From Candidatus Gottesmanbacteria bacterium UBA6580 (GTDB lineage: Bacteria; Patescibacteriota; Microgenomatia; UBA10105; UBA927): a stretch of 64,000 nucleotides of DNA. Shown here piece after piece: positions 58,292 to 64,000 of this stretch (positions within the stretch are counted from its first letter, which is position 1; the number at the start of each line of letters is the position of its first letter). Both the position numbers and the translations under genes were made by a program. The DNA is taken from contig DJJA01000003.1 in assembly GCA_002433895.1 (NCBI GenBank), positions 376,881 to 440,880 of the forward strand, written 5' to 3'. The notes beneath the pieces are model-generated. The model did not search any database and was not told the origin of the DNA. It saw only the letters and a list, made by a program, of their open reading frames with translations.

Positions 58292-60025
58292 ATGAGAGAT
58301 AGCGTGACTTGGAAAATCGGGGGCGAGGCGGGATTTGGTATCATGTCCGCAGGTACGGTGCTTGCCAGGACATTCACCCGCGCAGGATATCATATATTTG
58401 CGGTCAACGATTATCCGTCGCTTATCCGTGGAGGGCACAACATAGTTACCGTGCGGATAAGTAGCCTTCCGTTTCACGGGATAAATAAAGACCTCAACAT
58501 TTTGGTCGCGCTAAATGCCGAAACCGTGGAGTTTCATAAAAATGAATTAAGTCCCGATGCCCTCGTGCTGTTTGATCCGAAAGATAAAGAGTGGGTAGCG
58601 ACCGATTTTCCTGTTGGGGTACGCCTTATTCCCATCCCGCTTCGGGATATCATAAGCGAGTTGCACGCCGATGGCGTGATGCGTAACACCGTGGTGCTGG
58701 GCGCGACGGTAGCGCTTTTGGGCGCTCCGTTTGAAGCGTTATTTTCAGTGATCCGCGATCAGTTTGCCCACAAAGGTGAGGAAGTGGTTGCCCAGAATGA
58801 AAAAATCGCACGCGCCGGATTTGATTTTATTGCTACGCATTTTTCTTCGGAAGTAAGCATGCATGTATCTCCCGGAACAGTGACCGAAAAACAACTGGTA
58901 GTAAACGGGAGCGAAGCGCTTGGGTTGGGGGCAGTGCGTGCGGGGCTAAAGTTTGCCGCAATTTATCCGATGACCCCGATTAACGCGATTATTTCATTTC
59001 TTGCTGACCATGCCAAAGAATTCGGCGTGGTCTATAAGCAGCCGGAAGATGAGATCGCTGGTATCAATATGGCAATCGGTGCATCTATCGCGGGAGTGCG
59101 CAGCATGGTGGCGACCTCCGGAGGCGGATTTGCGCTTATGGTCGAAGGATTATCGCTCGCGGGCATGGTGGAGGCGCCACTTGTTATCGATTTGGGGATG
59201 CGGGTGGGACCTGCAACTGGTATGCCGACCTACACTGAGCAAGGCGAATTGCTTTTTGCAATCCACGCCGGACACGGGGAATTTGCCCGTATTGTGTTGG
59301 CTCCCGCAGATGCCGACGAAGCATATTCTCTTACCATAGACGCATTTCATTTAGCGGATAAATATCAGATACCCGTCTTTGTCCTTACCGATAAGTATCT
59401 CAATGAAAGCCAGTGGTGTATGAAGCTTTCGTCACTCCAGAAGCCGGTAACGCTTGACCGGGGTAAGATAATTACCGATGACACGGGTAAGCCCGACGGC
59501 GAATTTTTACGATATGATGTGTCACCTGAAGATGGTGTGTCCATGCGGAGTGTGCCAGGAGTAAAACACGGCCAATATTACGCAAATTCCTACGAACATG
59601 ACGGTCTGGGGCATGTTACTGACAATGCCGGAAAACGGGCGGAAATGGTTGCGAAGCGCCTAAAGAAGCTAAAAGCGATACAGTCGGCCGTCATGCCACC
59701 CAACCGCGTTGGCGATGAGCAGCCGGACATTACGTTCGTCACCTGGGGCACCACAAAAGGACCGGTGTTGAGTGCTGCGGAATTGTTACGGGTGAAGGGC
59801 AAAAAAGTAGCAGTTGTTTCGTATCCATGGGTATTTCCGTTTCCTGTAGAGGCAACCAAAACGTTGCTTTCCGGAGGAAGCCGGGTAATCGACGTCGAAC
59901 AAAACGCGACGGGGCAACTTGCGTATCTCATACGGGCGGAAACCGGTATCGACATACAGGAGAAATTCCTGAAATCAGATGGCAGACCGTGGTTACCGGA
60001 AGAGATAGTAGATAGGATAAAATAA
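58292..60025 (+). CDS. korA: 2-oxoacid:ferredoxin oxidoreductase, fused gamma-alpha subunit
   Basis: N-terminal gamma domain IGGEAGFGIMSAG, alpha domain; track ORF from 58274. Confidence 0.85.
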   Translation: MRDSVTWKIGGEAGFGIMSAGTVLARTFTRAGYHIFAVNDYPSLIRGGHNIVTVRISSLPFHGINKDLNILVALNAETVEFHKNELSPDALVLFDPKDKEWVATDFPVGVRLIPIPLRDIISELHADGVMRNTVVLGATVALLGAPFEALFSVIRDQFAHKGEEVVAQNEKIARAGFDFIATHFSSEVSMHVSPGTVTEKQLVVNGSEALGLGAVRAGLKFAAIYPMTPINAIISFLADHAKEFGVVYKQPEDEIAGINMAIGASIAGVRSMVATSGGGFALMVEGLSLAGMVEAPLVIDLGMRVGPATGMPTYTEQGELLFAIHAGHGEFARIVLAPADADEAYSLTIDAFHLADKYQIPVFVLTDKYLNESQWCMKLSSLQKPVTLDRGKIITDDTGKPDGEFLRYDVSPEDGVSMRSVPGVKHGQYYANSYEHDGLGHVTDNAGKRAEMVAKRLKKLKAIQSAVMPPNRVGDEQPDITFVTWGTTKGPVLSAAELLRVKGKKVAVVSYPWVFPFPVEATKTLLSGGSRVIDVEQNATGQLAYLIRAETGIDIQEKFLKSDGRPWLPEEIVDRIK

Positions 60026-60030
60026 CAATT

Positions 60031-60894
60031 ATGGCAACCCTTACCGCAGAATCATACAATACCGGATTTTTACCGACCTGGTGCCCGGGGTGCGGGGACT
60101 TCGGGATATGGAAATCCCTGCAGGGCGCGTTTGCCAAACTCGGTATCGGACCGGATGATGGATTTATCGTCTATGGCATTGGCTGCCACGGCAACATGTA
60201 TGACTGGATGAAAATGTACGGTTTTGCAGGGTTGCACGGTAGAGCATTGCCCGTTGCTCAGGGAGCAAAGCTCGCCAACCACACGCTCCCTGTTGTTGTT
60301 GTATCGGGAGATGGTGACTGCCTGGGAGAAGGCGGTAACCACTTCATGCACGCAGCCAAAAGAAATCCGGATATTACCGTCATTATCCATGACAATCAGG
60401 TGTATGGGTTGACTACCGGTCAGGCATCGCCTACCGCTAAGCCAGGATTTAAAACCAAATCGACACCGGAGGGTTCGACTGACGCGCCGGTTAATCCGCT
60501 CGCGCTCGCGATCGTATCCGGCGCGACATTTGTCGCGCGCGGGTTTGCCGGAGATTTACCCGGACTCACCGCGCTGATGACTGAGGCGATGAACCATAAG
60601 GGTTTTGCGGTGCTCGATGTAATGCAGCCGTGTGTTACCTTTGATAAAGTACATACATATCAGTGGTACCGCCAGCGGTTGTACCGGCTTGCAGACAGCG
60701 GATATACGCCCGATAACAAGCTTACAGCGCTGGAAAAAGCGATGGAGTGGGGAGACAAAATTCCGTTGGGCGTCTTTTATAAAGAAGATAAGCCAACCAG
60801 TGAAGCTCTGGAGCCTGCGCTTTCAGGTGCACCTCTAAACCGCTTGCCGTTGGAGGTAGCGCATTGGGACAAGCTACTCAATGAATTTGTGTGA
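60031..60894 (+). CDS. korB: 2-oxoacid:ferredoxin oxidoreductase beta (TPP-binding) subunit
   Basis: WCPGCGDFG, GIGCHG, SGDGD TPP motifs. Confidence 0.85.
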   Translation: MATLTAESYNTGFLPTWCPGCGDFGIWKSLQGAFAKLGIGPDDGFIVYGIGCHGNMYDWMKMYGFAGLHGRALPVAQGAKLANHTLPVVVVSGDGDCLGEGGNHFMHAAKRNPDITVIIHDNQVYGLTTGQASPTAKPGFKTKSTPEGSTDAPVNPLALAIVSGATFVARGFAGDLPGLTALMTEAMNHKGFAVLDVMQPCVTFDKVHTYQWYRQRLYRLADSGYTPDNKLTALEKAMEWGDKIPLGVFYKEDKPTSEALEPALSGAPLNRLPLEVAHWDKLLNEFV

Positions 60895-60922
60895 TGCGGG
60901 ATACTCTCATCAAAATCGGGGG

Positions 60923-60960
60923 TTGACAATTGATTAGCACTTGTTATACTAGAGTGCTAA
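60923..60960 (+). promoter_or_regulatory. lon promoter (TTGACA-16-TATACT) overlapped by a CIRCE-like HrcA operator
   Basis: TTAGCACTT-GTTATACTA-GAGTGCTAA matches TTAGCACTC-N9-GAGTGCTAA in 17 of 18 positions; the -10 lies in the spacer. Confidence 0.6.
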
Positions 60961-60969
60961 TACGTCATT

Positions 60970-63396
60970 ATGAGTACTTCACTCGACAATCCAAATCAGA
61001 TGTTACCAGTTGTCCCGATACGGGACGGCATCGTGTTTCCGGGTACCGAAATGATCCTCACTTTCGGCCGGCAGCGTTCGGTAAAAGCTATTGAAGCAGC
61101 ACAAAATGCCGGTAGGCGGGTTGTGCTCGTCATGCAACGCAACCCCAATATCAATGATCCTACACCGTCTGACTTATACCAGATTGGTACGGTCGGAGAA
61201 ATCGTGCAGATGATGCGCAACGAAGGAGAAATAAATGCGTTGGTGCGCGGTATTTCAAAAGTCGAGCTTACTTCATATGAAGCTGTAGAGCCGTTTTTCG
61301 TGGCGAGAGTGGCTGAGATTGCCGATGTCATTGAGGACGATGAGGAAACCAAAGCTTTATTTAACCACCTCACTAACGAACTCAGACAAGCGGTGAAGCT
61401 TGGGAAAACCATGGACTTTCTGACATTTATGAATATTATGTCCGGCATGTCGCCGGAGACATTGTCGTATCAGCTGGCAGGTGTGATGGATACAAAGCCC
61501 AGCGAACGCCAGGAGCTGTTGGAAATAAATTCCGTAAAAGCCCGTTTTGAAAAAGAAGCGGCGTATCTTGCCAAAGAAGTAAAAGTGTTGGAGTTGGAGA
61601 AAAAAATTGCGACAAAAACCCAAGAGAAATTTGAGAAAAATGTAAAAGAGCAGGTGCTTCGCGAGCGCATAAAAACGATCGAAAAAGAGCTCGGTGACGA
61701 CGATGAGAATAAAGAGTTTAAAGAGCTTGCCGATAAGATCAAAAAGGCAGGCATGCCGCAGGAAGTAAAGGAAAAGGCGGAAAAAGAACTACGCCGCCTC
61801 ACGCAAATGTCCCAATACAATCCGGAAGCCTCTTATGTGCGGACATACCTTGATTGGCTGGTGGAAGTACCGTGGAACGAAGAGAGTGCTAACACCGTCA
61901 ATTTGTCGGATGCGGAGAAGGTGCTTAATCAGGATCACTACGCGTTGGGGAAAATAAAAGAGCGTATTTTAGAGTTTTTGGCTGTGATGAAGTTGCGGAG
62001 TGCGAGTGATGAACCCGCAGAGAAAGCGGAAAAAACTCCAAAGAGTGCGGCCGAAAAAATGACCCCAAAGCGTGGCAGTAAATCCGCGCCAACAATTTTG
62101 TGTTTTGTCGGCCCGCCCGGTGTGGGAAAAACATCCATCGGAAAATCAATTGCCCGTTCGTTGGGACGCAAGTTTGTCAAAATGTCACTGGGTGGCATAC
62201 GGGATGAAGCAGAAATCCGTGGACACCGCAGAACCTATGTAGGAGCGATGCCGGGACGCATCATCCAAGGCATCAAGCAGGCAGGCACCAAAAACCCGGT
62301 ATTTATGTTGGATGAGATCGACAAAGTCGGGGCAGATTTCCGCGGTGACCCATCAGCCGCACTGCTCGAAGCGCTCGATCCGGAGCAAAACTACGCATTT
62401 TCTGATCATTATCTGGAAGTGCCGTATGATTTGTCTGAGGTATTTTTTATCACGACCTGTAACGTACTCGATACAATTCCACCGGCGCTCCGGGACAGAC
62501 TGGAGATTATCCGTTTTGCCGGATACACGGAAGATGAAAAATTCCACATTGCTAAAGACTATCTGTTTGAAAAACAGCGGGTAATCCACGGGGTGCCTAC
62601 TAAAGTTGTTGATATTGCTGATGAAGGGCTCCGGGAAATTATCAGACAATACACCCGGGAAGCAGGGGTGCGTAACCTGGAGCGCGAAATAGCAACCATT
62701 TTCCGGAAGGTTGCCAAAAAGATTGCCGACTCGGACGCAAAAAACAGGAAATCATTTGCGATTAAGCCCGCTGATCTACAGACCTATTTGGGACCCACGA
62801 AATTTACGTCATCCTTGGCAGAGAAGAAGGATGAAGTGGGTATGTCTACCGGACTCGCGTGGACTGAAGCCGGAGGAGATATATTGTTTATCGAGGTCGC
62901 CCTTATGCCGGGCCGCGGAACGCTTATTCTCACCGGTCAACTGGGTGACGTCATGAAAGAATCCGCGCAGGCGGCTATGTCCTACGTGCGGAGCCGATGG
63001 AAGGCGCTCAAGTTACCGGAAAAGTTTTACCAGAAGCTTGATGTTCATGTACACGTACCGGAGGGTGCGGTTCCCAAAGACGGTCCGTCGGCGGGAGCAG
63101 CGATCGCTACCGCGATTGTCTCGGCGCTCAGCAAAAAAGCCGCTAAGCGGTTGGTCGCTATGACCGGAGAAATTACGCTCCGGGGTAGGGTACTCGAGAT
63201 AGGCGGCGTGAAAGAAAAAGTGATTGCGGCGCACAGGGCAGGTATCAAAGATGTGATATTGCCCAAAAATAATAAAAAGGACTTGGAAGATATACCCAAA
63301 GCAGTCATGACCGACCTGAAGTTCCATTTTGTGGAACACATGGACGAGGTGCTCAAGGTAGCCATGCCTTCACTCAAGTTTTCGGCACAAAACTAA
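60970..63396 (+). CDS. lon: ATP-dependent protease Lon
   Basis: LON N-domain, Walker [11 protein letters not shown]16 catalytic DGPSAG with K dyad; Lys/Glu-rich insertion around residues 335-375. Confidence 0.95.
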   Translation: MSTSLDNPNQMLPVVPIRDGIVFPGTEMILTFGRQRSVKAIEAAQNAGRRVVLVMQRNPNINDPTPSDLYQIGTVGEIVQMMRNEGEINALVRGISKVELTSYEAVEPFFVARVAEIADVIEDDEETKALFNHLTNELRQAVKLGKTMDFLTFMNIMSGMSPETLSYQLAGVMDTKPSERQELLEINSVKARFEKEAAYLAKEVKVLELEKKIATKTQEKFEKNVKEQVLRERIKTIEKELGDDDENKEFKELADKIKKAGMPQEVKEKAEKELRRLTQMSQYNPEASYVRTYLDWLVEVPWNEESANTVNLSDAEKVLNQDHYALGKIKERILEFLAVMKLRSASDEPAEKAEKTPKSAAEKMTPKRGSKSAPTILCFVGPPGVGKTSIGKSIARSLGRKFVKMSLGGIRDEAEIRGHRRTYVGAMPGRIIQGIKQAGTKNPVFMLDEIDKVGADFRGDPSAALLEALDPEQNYAFSDHYLEVPYDLSEVFFITTCNVLDTIPPALRDRLEIIRFAGYTEDEKFHIAKDYLFEKQRVIHGVPTKVVDIADEGLREIIRQYTREAGVRNLEREIATIFRKVAKKIADSDAKNRKSFAIKPADLQTYLGPTKFTSSLAEKKDEVGMSTGLAWTEAGGDILFIEVALMPGRGTLILTGQLGDVMKESAQAAMSYVRSRWKALKLPEKFYQKLDVHVHVPEGAVPKDGPSAGAAIATAIVSALSKKAAKRLVAMTGEITLRGRVLEIGGVKEKVIAAHRAGIKDVILPKNNKKDLEDIPKAVMTDLKFHFVEHMDEVLKVAMPSLKFSAQN

Positions 63397-63407
63397 TTTT
63401 TCTTCAC

Positions 63408-64000
63408 CTACTGCTTCATGTAGTCGTACACTGTTTTTGATAGTGACGCCATGAGCTTGTCCGTTTCTTCGCCTTCGGTGGTACCGTTGGTGAATACCCC
63501 AATGTAATACGTATGTTTCCCGTCGGTAACAATACCGGCGTCATGGATAATGCCGACTTCCGTGCCTATTTTATGATAGGCGGTGACGCCATCCGGCAGG
63601 TCGCCCGGAATTCTTGTTTCGAAGTCGGTATCTTTGAGAAACGAGAGCATTTCAAGCGTGTGTGCTTCATCGGTAACTTTGCGGTCGTAGATCAGGCGGA
63701 ATATCTTTGCCATATCCTGGTTCGATGTTTTATTGGCAACCAAGTCTGTTTGGGTAAGTCCCCAAGTGGCAGCTATTTCTTTTAATTTTGGAAACCCGAC
63801 GATGTGATTTGCTAGGATATAGGCTGCGGTATTGTCACTTTGTTTGATCATGAGTTTTGCGAGTGTTTTTACAGAATAGACGGTGCCGGGATCGTTATAA
63901 CGGATGGAGCCCGTGCCGTAATCCTGAATATCATTTGCCTGTACCGTGATATCACGGTCAAGATCGATTTCTCCATTGTTTGCGTAGTAGTAAAGGGCCG
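63408..64000 (-). CDS. Class-A beta-lactamase-like / PBP serine hydrolase, 5' part beyond window end
   Basis: SDN motif MIKQSDNTAA, KIG(KTG-like) triad YHKIGTE; frame stays open upstream of the first Met to nt 64000. Confidence 0.6.
   Translation of the reverse strand, partial: ALYYYANNGEIDLDRDITVQANDIQDYGTGSIRYNDPGTVYSVKTLAKLMIKQSDNTAAYILANHIVGFPKLKEIAATWGLTQTDLVANKTSNQDMAKIFRLIYDRKVTDEAHTLEMLSFLKDTDFETRIPGDLPDGVTAYHKIGTEVGIIHDAGIVTDGKHTYYIGVFTNGTTEGEETDKLMASLSKTVYDYMKQ

Overview
This 64-kb window looks like a compact bacterial chromosome, roughly 45-50% GC, with tight or overlapping genes and no rRNA or CRISPR array. Gene content (RNase Y, split SecD/SecF, DUF3048/DUF4446/DUF2079, 2-oxoacid:ferredoxin oxidoreductase, minimal Suf system) suggests a small-genome Firmicutes-like or Patescibacteria-like organism; this is inference. 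The left ~4.2 kb is AT-richer and carries a 5'-truncated type III restriction Res gene plus a large serine recombinase whose 3' end overlaps the 3' end of a minus-strand tRNA-Pro(GGG). That is the signature of an integrated mobile element entering from beyond the window. The rest is mostly core housekeeping: recA, recX, rny, hup, an ABC exporter, miaB-miaA, comM, secDF, cca, recJ, aspS, gltX, era, an ECF sigma cassette, greA, engB, a sufCBD-Rieske-sufSU operon, ferredoxin-korAB and lon. RNA features the ORF track cannot show include RNase P RNA (minus strand, in the 16.7-17.1 kb gap), tRNA-Pro, tRNA-Gln(CTG), a T-box leader with a GAC specifier ahead of aspS, and a CIRCE (HrcA operator) inverted repeat over the lon promoter. 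Three places deserve the closest second look. First, aspS encodes an AspRS whose C-terminus is fused in frame to a complete YbaK/ProX-type aminoacyl-tRNA deacylase domain. Second, a 1.4-kb island between recJ and aspS is free of long credible ORFs and has back-to-back promoters, a structured leader with competing terminator and antiterminator pairings, and two small RBS-equipped ORFs, one Cys/His-rich, each closed by an intrinsic terminator. Third, a tRNA-Gln-adjacent trio of small regulator-like ORF, 3-TM peptide and Dda-like helicase. All coordinates and calls come from reading the sequence and the supplied ORF track; no searches were run.
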